From positions 15,359-79,358 of IMG/VR virus record IMGVR_UViG_3300032287_004273: a stretch of 64,000 bases of DNA. One strand, given 5' to 3'. Origin of the DNA: a virus. Below, piece after piece: positions 30,407-41,074 of the stretch. The stretch's first letter is position 1, and each line of letters opens with the position of its first letter. Below the pieces are notes generated by a model. That model saw only the letters and a list, made by a program, of their open reading frames with translations, was not told the DNA's origin and searched no databases. The position numbers and the translations under genes were made by a program.

Positions 30407-33400
30407 TGGAAACACACTTCGATGCATACATAAAGTTCCCAGCGACCTCAGAATATAATCTGGGGACGTTTGATCGTTTACGTAAATTGCTTGGTTCAGT
30501 AGAAGAAGTTGAATGTAGTTTTGCAATTGAGTTCTCCTGTGGAGATGGCAAGTATCTATCAGATCTAAACACAAAAGAGGAAATCGAAAAGTATGATGGT
30601 AATGTTTGTCTACTTACTCCTCCTCGTTTTAATATAATTAAAATGTCTCAGATGCCAGAGCAAATGAAACCCAATAAAGATTACCTCTTTACTGTCAAAT
30701 ACAATCCCAAAACAGAAGAACAAATCTGCTACATTAACAGAAAAGAAAGAAGCAGAAAAGAAATAAGAAGATAATTTCGGGCTAATGAAATTAAATTATC
30801 TAATAATCTTTGTTAGTCTTGTGTTAATAGATATTGCCTACATCTTTTATCTTAAGTATGTAGCTCAAAACAAAATAAATAAAGCGTCTGGTTGGGCATC
30901 GGTTGTTACTCTCTTGAATGGAATTATAATCATTAATTATTCCTCCGACATCTATAGCGTTCTTTCTGCGATGATTGGCGCATATGTTGGTACTTTTATC
31001 TCAATGAAATTCTTTAATAAAGATTAAAAATGAAAAATTACGACGATCTAGTAAAAAAATATCCAGAACTCTTCGTTGTTGAAGAGGATTCTCAAGAGCC
31101 TTTTGCGCATTTTGGCTTTGAATGTGGCATTGGATGGTATGACATCATCGATAAAGCGTGCCAGATAATATATTCTGAATATAAACATCACCTTTATATG
31201 CAAAAAATGTACAAACGAGATTTAGACGACATAGAAAAAACCATTCAAAAAAGGCAATCTTGGGATAAAGACAAGACTAGAGAATGGATTATTGCGCATA
31301 CTGAAGCATCTTATAGCAGTTACAGCAAGATGGCAGAAGAAGAAAAAGAAAGATTGCCCAAAACAGCCCAAATCAAAGAAAAATTTGGTACTTTACGCTG
31401 GTATGTAAACAATGCCGACAAAACTTCTCAAAAAATCATTGACTTTGCGGAGCTAATGAGCGAGAATACCTGCGAAGTTTGCGGTGAATATGGTAAAACC
31501 TACACAACAGGCTGGCATAAAACTTTTTGCTTAAAACATGCTATTGAAAAATATGGAAAAGAAAAAGTTGATCAGTACAACAGTTGAGAATGTAGAGATA
31601 ACTGTAGCTCCGCATACATATCTAGTCAACATCCAGAATAAAAAACAATAAATATGATAACTGAAAAAAAAATGTCACTTAGCGAACTGTTTGAAAGTTT
31701 TCCTTCTATTAATTTGTCTCTAAAAGAAATTAGAGAAATTATTCCTGCAGAGGAAGTCATGAGTAGAAAATTCGTCTTCATAGACTCAGATTTATTATTT
31801 TATATTGAAGAGGAATTTGGGAAGAGTCTTGAAAAAGAAAGCCGCAAAAACGAAAGAAGAGAATTACCTCCACCTCCAGAAGTTCATTATGTTTCTTCTT
31901 TAGGTATTCATAAAATAATGGAGGAAATGAACGATCTATGCGGCATGGATGAAATAGGTAGGTCAGATTTGGAAGTATTAGGATTTGACTATGGCGAAGG
32001 TGGAGAAAATTGTCATATTTATGAAATCCTTGATGAAGAAAAGTTTTTAAAAGGTAATGAACGATTTAATTTTAATTATAAGAATGTAGTTTTAACAAAG
32101 ACAGATAAATACGATTCAATATGAAATACCAAATCCGCAAAGTAGAAAAAGTAACCATCTGGGAAGCTACAGATGCAATTGAACTAAATCCTAAGTTCTT
32201 TAAGAAACTAAAAGATAACCCATACAAGGGCTCGACTGAAGAAGATTTCTTGAAGTATATCGATTCCCTTCGATTCGATCTACCACAAGAACTAGAGGAT
32301 ATTGATTTCGAAACCTATGACAAACTAAGAGATTTATTCGAAGGCGAAATGCAGAAAAACATTTACCATACAACAGCTGAACACTCCGAAGACTCTTGGC
32401 TCGAAATCGGTGACGTAGATCCTAGCTATTCTAAAAAAGGTGGGTTTAATTCTCGATTTGATACTCTTTAATGTATGGGACGTAATTATTGGGGAGATAT
32501 AGAAGGTAAGTTTTGGTTTAGCATTCAGCCGTCAGATGACGCTTCCTTTTTTAAGGAACCTTCCTTAATAAATGAAGATGACGATGGTGATGAAGTTTCT
32601 CTCACGTATTCCTTCGATGAATCAGATATAGAACTATTAGAGGATGCACTTGAGGAAATTGATAACGAACTTGGCCCTTGGAAAGAGAAAATTGATAAGT
32701 TCTGCAACCTCAAAGAATCATTTAGCGAAGATATCTTATGCAAGAAAACAGGTATACTTGCTGAAAATAGTCAATCAATTCTAGCTTTATATGCTCGCAT
32801 GAAACTAGGCAATCAAATATTAGATTGCGTTAAGGAGAATGGCGAATGCGTATTTGAATGTGAATTATAATTAATGAGTGAAGTAATAAAGTCTTTACTT
32901 CCATATGATATGGCAAGGGGAGGTCAGGTAATAGAAAAGCTTGACCTTACCTTTGCTAATCATAACAGAAAAAATAAGCTTCATTCATACGCTACATCCA
33001 AAATGGATGATTTGCGTAAACAGTATGAAGATACTATTGCCTTATGGGAATGGAACGAATACGTCGATACATTCGATATAGGCTTCGAACCCGTCGTAGG
33101 TAAGACGTACTACCTATACGAAGGCGTAACTAAGTTCGTATCCATACTCAGCCCAAAAGAGTTCAGAAAAAAATCATTAGGCACAATCAAATTGTCTAGT
33201 GATGGCTATTGGATCAAGTTAGATGAATAATATTATTTATTTATCTAATAGAGATGTCTGGAAAATATTTTCCATAACTTCCGCAAATAATAAAAAAGGA
33301 ATCAAGCCTTTTAAATTTGAGGATGTTGGTTTGAAATTTGTAGATGAATTATTGGAAGATGAAATAGACATCGAGAAACCTTACGATTCAGATTTGATTG

Positions 33401-33616
33401 TAGAAAAAAAACGACGCTTTGAAGTAATAGACAAAAAAGAGTTTATATTTTTTGCCATTAAGTATGGCATAAATTATAATTAATTATATGCGAAAGTTAT
33501 TTCGTTTTTATTGTCTTGATTGTGACAACGCATGGCTAGAAATCCTCAATGCAGATGAGATGCATTCAAGGTGCGAATACTGTAATAGTTTACAAACAGC
33601 AGAAGTGATAGATTAG
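29574..33616 (+). CDS. small hypothetical ORFs (29574-29804, 29797-30072 Zn-ribbon, 30050-30364, 30406-30774, 30785-31027 membrane, 31030-31587, 31654-32124, 32121-32471, 32475-32870, 32874-33230, 33223-33483, 33488-33616 Zn-ribbon)
   Basis: Packed ORFs; 31030 has ECGIGW/QIKEKFGTLR, 32475 has GDIEGKFWF, 32874 has FEPVVGKTYYLY motifs typical of phage hypotheticals. Confidence 0.6.
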
Positions 33617-33854
33617 GGGTAAAAAATCAAATTACAATCGCGGCTTAATGTAATTTATAATGAATTTTTATTCCAATTCCTCATTTGCTCTCTGTAGTTT
33701 GTAATGGAATATAGTAGTTATGGTCATTTATTGTAATTAGCCTAGTATATTACTGACTAGGCTCCAACAGAAGCGGAATGAAATTCAATAATCGAATCAT
33801 TGTCGTATTGTGACAGTCGATTACTAACTAGGTAAAAATTGCCTAGTCGTTATA

Positions 33855-34358
33855 TTAGAAACGATAGGTTAATAGGAATAGGGCAATCCATAACCAAATA
33901 ACATCGTCAGACCAAACGCTATAGAATATCGCGTGCGCCATGCGTTCAGCTTTGCTTGGTTCATACGATATCTCCACAGATGCGGGGAACTCCCAGACAG
34001 CATCTGGAGAAGGAAATACAGTAGAAGAATAGGTTATTTGTGCTGACTCACTATCACGTACAGCATCAAGAAGAGTAGAATTATCATCATATTTTTGGTT
34101 GCTATTGTCACCAATAACATTGGTGTCACCATCACTATCAACATCAGAAGAAGTATCAGATCCATCGATACTCATGATAAAAGCAGAAGGGGAAATAACG
34201 TAAGAATCATTAACATTAGCAATAGATGAACAAGAAGAAAGAGAAGATGAGTTAGATAATATAGAAGAAGAGTTAGAAGATAGATTACAAATACGCTTGT
34301 TTAACTCTCCCATCAATTTTGTTAGTTTATCTTTATCATTGGGAGTTAATCTACTCAT
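33855..34358 (-). CDS. Ser/Asp-rich protein with hydrophobic C-terminus
   Basis: Only leftward ORF here; GTGTAA motif 8 nt upstream of ATG. Confidence 0.5.
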   Translation of the reverse strand: MSRLTPNDKDKLTKLMGELNKRICNLSSNSSSILSNSSSLSSCSSIANVNDSYVISPSAFIMSIDGSDTSSDVDSDGDTNVIGDNSNQKYDDNSTLLDAVRDSESAQITYSSTVFPSPDAVWEFPASVEISYEPSKAERMAHAIFYSVWSDDVIWLWIALFLLTYRF

Positions 34359-34440
34359 AAAAAAATTTACACCAACGTAGCGGCGACGAACTAAAATAGT
34401 TGTAAGTTATTGCAGCAACAAAACTTCCAAAAATTTTATG

Positions 34441-34695
34441 CGATGAGCCAAATAATAACCACTAGGCAAAATTTGCCTAGTAACTCAAAAAAAACTCAAA
34501 AAATTTCATGACCTCGGCCAAATAAAGAGGTAGGCAATTTTTGCCTAGTACGTAAAAAAGCAAAAAATTTCATACAGCTCGCCAAATAAGCGCCCCTCCC
34601 AACTAGGCAAAATTTGCCTAGTAGATAAAAAGCAAAAAATTACCAGCAACCAAGCAAATAAATACCAGGGCAGCTAGGCAATTTTTGCCTACCAT
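34441..34695. repeat. four ~70-bp units each with palindrome TAGGCAA-N3-TTGCCTA (iteron/operator-like)
   Basis: Palindromes at 34463, 34531, 34604, 34675, each preceded by (G)CAAATAA and an A tract; related copies at 33829, 36535 and 47447. Confidence 0.85.
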
Positions 34696-34916
34696 TTAGT
34701 TATCGCCACCAATATGGTTAGTCACACAATTTCTTTTGTTTCTATGCTATTATATAGTAACACAAATCTAAACGTGTTTCGGGCAATCAAAGCAAATCAA
34801 ATCTTATATCAGACAATCAAACAAAAACAAAAACAATTTGGTGATTTAATTTTTTTTGATTTAAATGCGGCCAGGGGCTTGACAACTCCATTTCTTTCTG
34901 ATTTAATCTCTCCCAT

Positions 34917-35216
34917 ATGAATACCCAATCCTATGCTCAAACCGTAAACGAAACTGCAGCAACCAAGCGTGGACGTGGTCGCCCCGCAGGTTCGAACAGT
35001 TTTGCAAACGTACAAATCAAACAGTTGCTTACGCTTCTGTCTGAAGATGCAGTTGTTCCTGTCTCACGTATCTGGTTGCGTGATACATTTGGTGCGATTG
35101 CAGAACCCGCACCTGTCATCATCAACACAGCTAACAATACTGTAGTAGAAAATCAAACAGAAGAAAAAATTCAGTTCCACATCGAAAAATTTGAGGACGC
35201 GAATTGTCCTTTTTAA
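34917..35216 (+). CDS. small AT-hook DNA-binding protein
   Basis: KRGRGRP motif; TTGACA-17-TTTAAT promoter. Confidence 0.6.
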   Translation: MNTQSYAQTVNETAATKRGRGRPAGSNSFANVQIKQLLTLLSEDAVVPVSRIWLRDTFGAIAEPAPVIINTANNTVVENQTEEKIQFHIEKFEDANCPF

Positions 35217-35252
35217 TTGACATTTAAATTCCACCCCTATATATTTGCTCAC

Positions 35253-36176
35253 ATGTTTGACAACCTCATTGGACAATCCGAAATCAAAGATCAACTAGGC
35301 TTCTACTCGAAAGCCTTCCAAAAGACTGGCACTGTACCATTTATACTTCTGAATGGTGCTAAAGGTCTGGGCAAGACTGAGTTCCTCAAGGCGTTCAGCA
35401 AGACCATCACCAATAGTGATGGCAAGCCGCGCCCTATGCTGGAACTCAACTCCAGCACCATCAAGAACAATCAAATGTTCTTTGAGCAGATCTTTATGCC
35501 CATCGTGCAGGGAAACGAAGTAACTCTTTTCTTCGATGAGTGTCATGCACTCCCTAACGATCTGGTGATGGCATTCCTGTCCATCCTCAATACAGAACGT
35601 ACACCTTACAAGGAGTTCAACTGGAGAGAGTATACCTTTACTTTTGATTTCACTAAGATCTCCATGATCTTTGCAACTACCGAGTTAGATAAACTATTTC
35701 CTCCTCTTAAGGATCGGCTGACTGTTCTTGATTTCAAACCATATAATCAAAATGAGTTAGCCGCAATCATCAAGGGTCGCTTGCCAGATGTAGAGTTTGA
35801 AGATGGATTGGTTGAGGAGATTGCCACCACCACCAGAGGTAATGCACGTGATGCTGTAAAGCGTGCAAAGCAAATCGAATTGTACTGCGAGACCAACAAT
35901 TCTAATTTGTTTCTTAAGGATGAGTGGAATGATCTTCGTAAAGTGCTTGGCATCAAACCTTTGGGGTTATCTAATACAGAGGTGCAAGTGCTTGAGATTC
36001 TTAACGCTAGAGGGCCATCCACCTTACAAACTATCGCAGCAGTGACTGGCATGAGTCGTACTGCAATCCAGAAGGATGCTGAACTGTATCTCCTACAGCG
36101 TGGACTCATGAAGATCAATGGTGTTCGCGAGCTTACCAGATTAGGTGCAGACCTAATCAAACAAATGTCAGAGTAG
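35253..36176 (+). CDS. ruvB: RuvB-like Holliday junction branch-migration ATPase
   Basis: FDNLIGQ, GAKGLGKT, FFDECH, ATT, PLKDR, RGNAR, C-terminal winged helix ELYLLQRGLM; leaderless promoter. Confidence 0.85.
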   Translation: MFDNLIGQSEIKDQLGFYSKAFQKTGTVPFILLNGAKGLGKTEFLKAFSKTITNSDGKPRPMLELNSSTIKNNQMFFEQIFMPIVQGNEVTLFFDECHALPNDLVMAFLSILNTERTPYKEFNWREYTFTFDFTKISMIFATTELDKLFPPLKDRLTVLDFKPYNQNELAAIIKGRLPDVEFEDGLVEEIATTTRGNARDAVKRAKQIELYCETNNSNLFLKDEWNDLRKVLGIKPLGLSNTEVQVLEILNARGPSTLQTIAAVTGMSRTAIQKDAELYLLQRGLMKINGVRELTRLGADLIKQMSE

Positions 36177-36223
36177 AGAGTAGTCAAACAGCCCCCCTTC
36201 GAGTGAAGGGGGGTAACTCTTTT

Positions 36224-36487
36224 ATGGCCAAACCTCAATATATCTTTAGACACTTCAGCATAAGGAAGTCAAGAACTATTTTGTTTCATTGCTTGTATAA
36301 TCCGAAGACATTAAGAATCACAGCTATGAGTGCATTCAACTTTGACAGTGGAGTGGGGGAAGAATGCGACTACAGCAAGTTCACCGACGAAGAGTTGAAC
36401 TACACGCTCGCGTGGTTAGAACTCATGCTCGAAACAAAGCTATGGGAAGAGCAAGATGAGTTAGAGAAGGGTAAGGAAGAAGAATAG
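36224..36487 (+). CDS. hypothetical protein
   Basis: Last rightward ORF before convergence. Confidence 0.5.
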   Translation: MAKPQYIFRHFSIRKSRTILFHCLYNPKTLRITAMSAFNFDSGVGEECDYSKFTDEELNYTLAWLELMLETKLWEEQDELEKGKEEE

Positions 36488-36575
36488 TCAAGAGTAAAAA
36501 TTAACAAAAATTATTTCAAATAAGACGAAATAAGTAGGCAAAAACTGCCAGGGGGAGCCCTGGTCACAAAAGACT

Positions 36576-36607
36576 ACACCCCACCCTTTCGGGTGAGGTG
36601 TTTTTTA
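36576..36607. terminator. terminator at the convergence of rightward and leftward units
   Basis: ACACCCCACCC-TTTC-GGGTGAGGTGT plus T run. Confidence 0.7.
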
Positions 36608-36670
36608 TTGGGGGGAAATTTATTTACTTTTTATTTTTGGTTGCGAGTGCGAAGACAACTAGTAGAACAA

Positions 36671-37258
36671 TTAAGATTTGCATTTGCTGGGGGCATATGG
36701 TTCTCCTGTTTCTAGGTTGATGAGGACAACGTCGTCGATGTGACCTCCGTCTTTTACGTTCTTAGCATAGACATCGATCATAAGACTTGGTGTTATATGT
36801 CTTGCGTATACATAGATCTTGCCACTCGCAACGTTTCTGATTGCCCACTTGGCACCTTTTGGTACGCAGAGCCACTTGCTACTGCTATAGCATCTCTCTA
36901 CTGGTATTCCCAGCTTCCTCATCCAAGACTTCCAAGTAGGCCCATGTCCCCAACCCTTGTTGACTTCCCAATCTAAAGCGTGTGCCCATTCGTGTAGAAT
37001 AGTTTCTTTTGCTTTTTGTAAGAAGTTCGGGCTGTTCTTGTTTATGTGTATTATGTGGGTGGAAAGCTCGATTCGTTTTGTCTTTCCATTATTAGATCTC
37101 CAAGCCCTGCCCATTACAGTCCTCAGTCTTTTGTTCCATTTGATTTCCCACCCTTCTAGGATGGGATACTGGAGCTTGATCTGAGCAGAGATTTCTTTGA
37201 ACAATGTATTTACTTCGGCAATCATATTAGTCATCGTCTCTAAATTATTCTTCGTCAA
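36671..37258 (-). CDS. SprT-like zinc metalloprotease
   Basis: WNKRLRTVMGRA, IELS, TILHEWAH, GHGPTWK. Confidence 0.85.
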   Translation of the reverse strand: MTKNNLETMTNMIAEVNTLFKEISAQIKLQYPILEGWEIKWNKRLRTVMGRAWRSNNGKTKRIELSTHIIHINKNSPNFLQKAKETILHEWAHALDWEVNKGWGHGPTWKSWMRKLGIPVERCYSSSKWLCVPKGAKWAIRNVASGKIYVYARHITPSLMIDVYAKNVKDGGHIDDVVLINLETGEPYAPSKCKS

Positions 37259-37451
37259 ATTCTTTTTCTCCTAGTGGTTCAGAGTCAATCGAAAAGAAAA
37301 CTTCGTCTTTGTAAAGATAGTCTCCCTCACCACTAGCAATGTGAATGCCAGTTACATTGTGAAAGTTATCATATACTTCCACGATTACATGGGAGTCAAG
37401 TTGATCGGCAGTCATGCGACCTAAGTCTTTTATTAGTTGTCTGTATGTCAT
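37245..37451 (-). CDS. hypothetical protein
   Basis: MTYRQL start, overlaps the next gene. Confidence 0.6.
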   Translation of the reverse strand: MTYRQLIKDLGRMTADQLDSHVIVEVYDNFHNVTGIHIASGEGDYLYKDEVFFSIDSEPLGEKEFDEE

Positions 37452-37470
37452 ATTTTTTAGCAATTTAAAG

Positions 37471-37547
37471 TGGCGTACCCAGCAGGGTTCGAACCTGCGA
37501 CCAACGGATTAGAAATCCGTTGCTCTATCCAACTGAGCTATGGGTAC
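37471..37547 (-). tRNA. tRNA-Arg(TCT)
   Basis: GTACCCA/TGGGTAC acceptor, TTTCTAA loop, CCA. Confidence 0.92.
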
Positions 37548-37904
37548 TTAAAGACAAGGGTGGAAAGCAAGATCTACATCCTTGCGGTGATATTCTTCAG
37601 ATAGAATGCGCTTTGTCAAGACAATTTCCACCTTGCCAAATGGATAAACATATATCTCACCATAAGTGCCAGCGCCCATATCGAAATCTGGATAATGCTC
37701 CTGTAACAAATGTTCAATTTCATCTTGATAGATTGGAGCAACTTCTTTACTGGAAACGAGTTTGTCCCCAAGCGCAAAGTACACGCAGGAATCAAACCAA
37801 TGAGTACAGGAATCCTCAGAAGTCCAGTGATAGATTGCGTACTTTAGATCACGACTCTTTAGAACCTCAACAAGATCAAGCAATGTCTTTTCCATATGCG
37901 TCAC
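37548..37904 (-). CDS. hypothetical protein
   Basis: First gene of its cassette; TTGCCT/TATGAT promoter. Confidence 0.6.
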   Translation of the reverse strand: MTHMEKTLLDLVEVLKSRDLKYAIYHWTSEDSCTHWFDSCVYFALGDKLVSSKEVAPIYQDEIEHLLQEHYPDFDMGAGTYGEIYVYPFGKVEIVLTKRILSEEYHRKDVDLAFHPCL

Positions 37905-38024
37905 ATCATAAACAATCTTAGCGAGAAGGCAACATTTATTTCAAAAATATTTACGCACTTGTGCGTAATAACACTTGACAGGGAGCCAGGGCTACCCCTG
38001 GGGCGTAACCACCTCATTCTGAGG

Positions 38025-38110
38025 TGGTAGCTAGGGCGGGACTCGAACCCGCACGCCCTACTGGGCAACAGATTTTAAGTCTGTTGTGTCTGCCATTTCA
38101 CCACCTAGCC
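38025..38110 (-). tRNA. tRNA-Leu(TAA)
   Basis: CTTAAAA loop, long variable arm, CCA. Confidence 0.92.
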
Positions 38111-38125
38111 GAAAGAAAAAGAAAG

Positions 38126-38198
38126 TGGGGACGGAGGGATTTGAACCCCCAACCAAGCGATTATGAGTCGCCTGCTCTGACCATTGAGCTACATCCCC
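38126..38198 (-). tRNA. tRNA(CAT), probably Ile2 (lysidine)
   Basis: Anticodon arm GGCGACTCATAATCGCT as in bacterial Ile2 tRNAs; fully paired acceptor. Confidence 0.85.
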
Positions 38199-38204
38199 GA
38201 AAGC

Positions 38205-38591
38205 TTACAATTCAAAAGCGAGAATGTTATCTGATGGAAGAAAGTTCAACTCTGCCTCACCTTCATATAAGGAATATCCTAGCACAGTCAAAGCAAAGAC
38301 GCAAGCATTATCGTAAGAAAAATCTCGAAAGGAATGGATCTCTACACCATCATCTTTGTCCACAATGTAGTAGTCTTTAATCTCATCAGATAAAGATTTA
38401 GGTTCTACACGAAAGCCCAAATGTGTAAGGGCTTGTTCTTCAGGTGTTTGCGGTGATTCTTTATCAATCATTACTTGTTCCTGAAAGGAAGTGTCATCTT
38501 CGATTAGTGTATACGGTTGGTGCATATTTATTTCTTTAACATTAAGCATATTACGACGAGGGTTACGATTAGAGCATCCATAATTAGACAT
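38205..38591 (-). CDS. hypothetical protein
   Basis: Overlaps the upstream stop. Confidence 0.6.
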   Translation of the reverse strand: MSNYGCSNRNPRRNMLNVKEINMHQPYTLIEDDTSFQEQVMIDKESPQTPEEQALTHLGFRVEPKSLSDEIKDYYIVDKDDGVEIHSFRDFSYDNACVFALTVLGYSLYEGEAELNFLPSDNILAFEL

Positions 38592-39279
38592 GAATTACAA
38601 AGCCCGAATTATCTTTTTTTGCTGGCCCCTTGGCACGCAGTCCCACGATTGTATTCTTTGGATCAAGGAAGCGAAGATCGTTTTCATCTCCGTCAATGAC
38701 TTTGAAACCTTCGTGTTCTGTTGGCAAGGGTTGATCTTTTTTAGTGGAGAAAACAAAGGCTGAATTGTTTCCTTTTGCTAAAGCTGCGAAAGCTTTAACT
38801 TGAGACACTTTAGTCTCTGCGCGTGAGAAAGTCAAGTGGTAATTTGAAATTGTCAAGTCCAAACGATCAAACAATTTTGTGTAATCATAGAACTGCACAC
38901 CAGAAAAATGCTGGAAAATGTTTTTGCCCTTGTGGATAATGTCTTCCCATCTGACATCGGAAGTTAAGTTGAGACGAAACACAGCTTGCAAACTTTTCTT
39001 TGCGGCTGATTTGATTCCTGTCTCAATTTCTTTGATTAAATTATCCATGAACAAAGCTTGTTCCTCAAAGAAGCTTTTTGTTTTTTCGATTCGCTGTGGC
39101 TGAACCATGACACCCATGCCAGCCAAGTTAAGGCATGAATCTGTGCAACCTTTAGATCTGCCTTGGCAAACTTCATAACCGCTAATGTTAGCGGGTGCAA
39201 AGTGAATGCCAAAGGTTTCGTATCCGAAGGATCTGCCCTTGAGCGTTTTGTAATTAGCAACGGTGAGTAATTTTTGCAT
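38584..39279 (-). CDS. GP88-like (CxxxxxxCxxxC) phage protein
   Basis: VCQGRSKGCTDSCL, RLNLTSD, FYDYTK, YHLTFS, DGDENDLRFLD. Confidence 0.65.
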   Translation of the reverse strand: MQKLLTVANYKTLKGRSFGYETFGIHFAPANISGYEVCQGRSKGCTDSCLNLAGMGVMVQPQRIEKTKSFFEEQALFMDNLIKEIETGIKSAAKKSLQAVFRLNLTSDVRWEDIIHKGKNIFQHFSGVQFYDYTKLFDRLDLTISNYHLTFSRAETKVSQVKAFAALAKGNNSAFVFSTKKDQPLPTEHEGFKVIDGDENDLRFLDPKNTIVGLRAKGPAKKDNSGFVIHV

Positions 39280-39380
39280 GGGTGAAGAATATCATGAGCA
39301 AGGGGTGGTGCAACAATTATTTCGCAAAATATTTACGCCTTTAGGCGTAATAGTTCTTGACATCCCAGCCAGGGCTACCC

Positions 39381-39577
39381 CTGGCCCCCACCCGATGGGT
39401 GGGGGTCAGCTTCCCGATAGCGTTGGTTGTCAGTTAAACAAACCAAAAAAAGCAAACCAACAATCTATTTGGAAGAGAAAGTAACTGGCCCCCACCCCAC
39501 TGGGTGGGGGTCAGCTTCCCGATAGTTTAGCTCGCTGAGATCCCCTCAGAAAACGCGAGCATCATCTATTTGGAAGA
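39381..39577 (-). ncRNA. two tandem ~100-nt units with constant scaffold and variable insert (candidate sRNAs)
   Basis: Repeats at 39381-39420/39485-39525 and 39463-39476/39564-39577; the scaffold halves base-pair. Confidence 0.45.
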
Positions 39578-40465
39578 ATGGAATTGTCCAAGATTCTGTC
39601 AAGGTAGAACATTCCGAAGTGTGGTTGCTCCACCTTACCGTTCTTTGCTACTATGTAGAGAGTGACAGCTTCAGGTGGGCAATGGTTAGTTCCACCTTTT
39701 GATCCTTTCTTTACGCCAGTACGAACAGTGTAGGTGTTTGTTTCACCTTTCTTGTTATGGTACTTGATCGAAAAGAACTTTCCGTTTGTTGTTGCGATAA
39801 TGCGTTTGCCGATCATATGTGGTGCTGGTTCGAGTGTGTTATTATTCATATAATTATCGTGAAAGATCAACTTGATTGCCATCCTCATCTTCGTCGTCGA
39901 AGTCTTCGTCCTCGTCGTCCCAAACAACATCTGGTTCTGTGGTGTTCATTGCAATGGTAGCGAGCAGATGATCGTAGTCTCCGCTTTGCGCTTCTTTTAG
40001 AACCGCACGAACTTCTTCTTGTGACCAACCTTGGCGAAGCGCGTTGCTTCTCCATGTACCCATAATTGCAAATGCGTTGCCGTCGAGGCCGACCAGTTCC
40101 ATCTTAACTTTCTTGGTTTTTGTGTTTTGCATATCGCTTGTATTGTTTTTTGCTTGGTTGTACGACTCGCAACATTCTGTTGCCCCATCGTAAAGTTTTT
40201 TGATAGGTTACCCCATCGACAATCAGTTTTTGCTTTTTGGAGTCCATACTCTCAACATATCCTCATCCTTCATGATGTCAATCCCAAATCCCAATGTTTG
40301 GAAAGTTTTCTGCAAAGTGTATGCTTGCAACTCAAGAATCTTTTTCATCTCGTTTGATGTCATAGCTTCACCGACAGCTTCCTGCGTAGCCCTGTGGAAT
40401 GCGTAAAGCATTTCACAAAACTGATTTACCAATGGGGTCAACTCTTTGATGGCGTCTTTGTTCAT
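39562..40465 (-). CDS. cassette of three hypothetical genes (40223-40465, 39854-40132 with DGNAFAIMG motif and acidic tail, 39562-39849)
   Basis: TTGCGC-17-TATGAT leaderless promoter at 40499. Confidence 0.65.
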
Positions 40466-40606
40466 GTGGGTATCATATACAGAGCAACCGAATGCGCAAC
40501 ATTTATTTCAAAAATATTTACGTCCTTGGACGTAATAGTTATTGACAGCCCAGCCAGGGGTGGCCCTGGACCCCCGCCTTTCGGCGGGAGACCATTCGTA
40601 TGGAAA

Positions 40607-40912
40607 TTAATGTGCGACTACTTCTGCTTCGTCGATTTCTATGCAGAACTCTCCGCCGCCAAGGGAGAATTCAAACTTATTGCCTGTAAGGGAAACTTCT
40701 TGAGGAAGCCTGCGATCTGTTTTATGGTTAAGCAGAACGCTGTGATCCATCCCATCTTTCCACCTTTCGAGGTGAACATTGGTGGGAACGAAGTGAGTGA
40801 TGTTATGCCAGAGGATCAATCTTTCTTTCTTTTTGATTGCTCTCTTGACTCGCTCAACGTGAGCGTGTTTGACTTTGATCGTGATGTTGGTGTTTCCAAT
40901 GTTTGTTTGCAT
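40607..40912 (-). CDS. hypothetical single-gene cassette
   Basis: TTGCAC/TATGCT promoter then TCTCAC-ATG. Confidence 0.65.
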   Translation of the reverse strand: MQTNIGNTNITIKVKHAHVERVKRAIKKKERLILWHNITHFVPTNVHLERWKDGMDHSVLLNHKTDRRLPQEVSLTGNKFEFSLGGGEFCIEIDEAEVVAH

Positions 40913-41074
40913 GTGAGAAGCATAGCAAAAGCTCTCATGCGTGCAACAATTTTAATTAAAAAAAATTACGCACCTGTGCGCAATAGTTGTTGACAGAAAA
41001 GCCAGGGGTAGCCCTGGCCCCCCGCATAGCGGGGGGTGGGTTGGGAGCGGTGTTACCCGCTCCCCCCGAAGGGC

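Noticed and set aside
39381-39525. mini-CRISPR (repeat-spacer-repeat)
   Set aside because: Only two repeats, 64-nt spacer that itself contains a second repeated segment, no cas genes; kept as an sRNA candidate instead.
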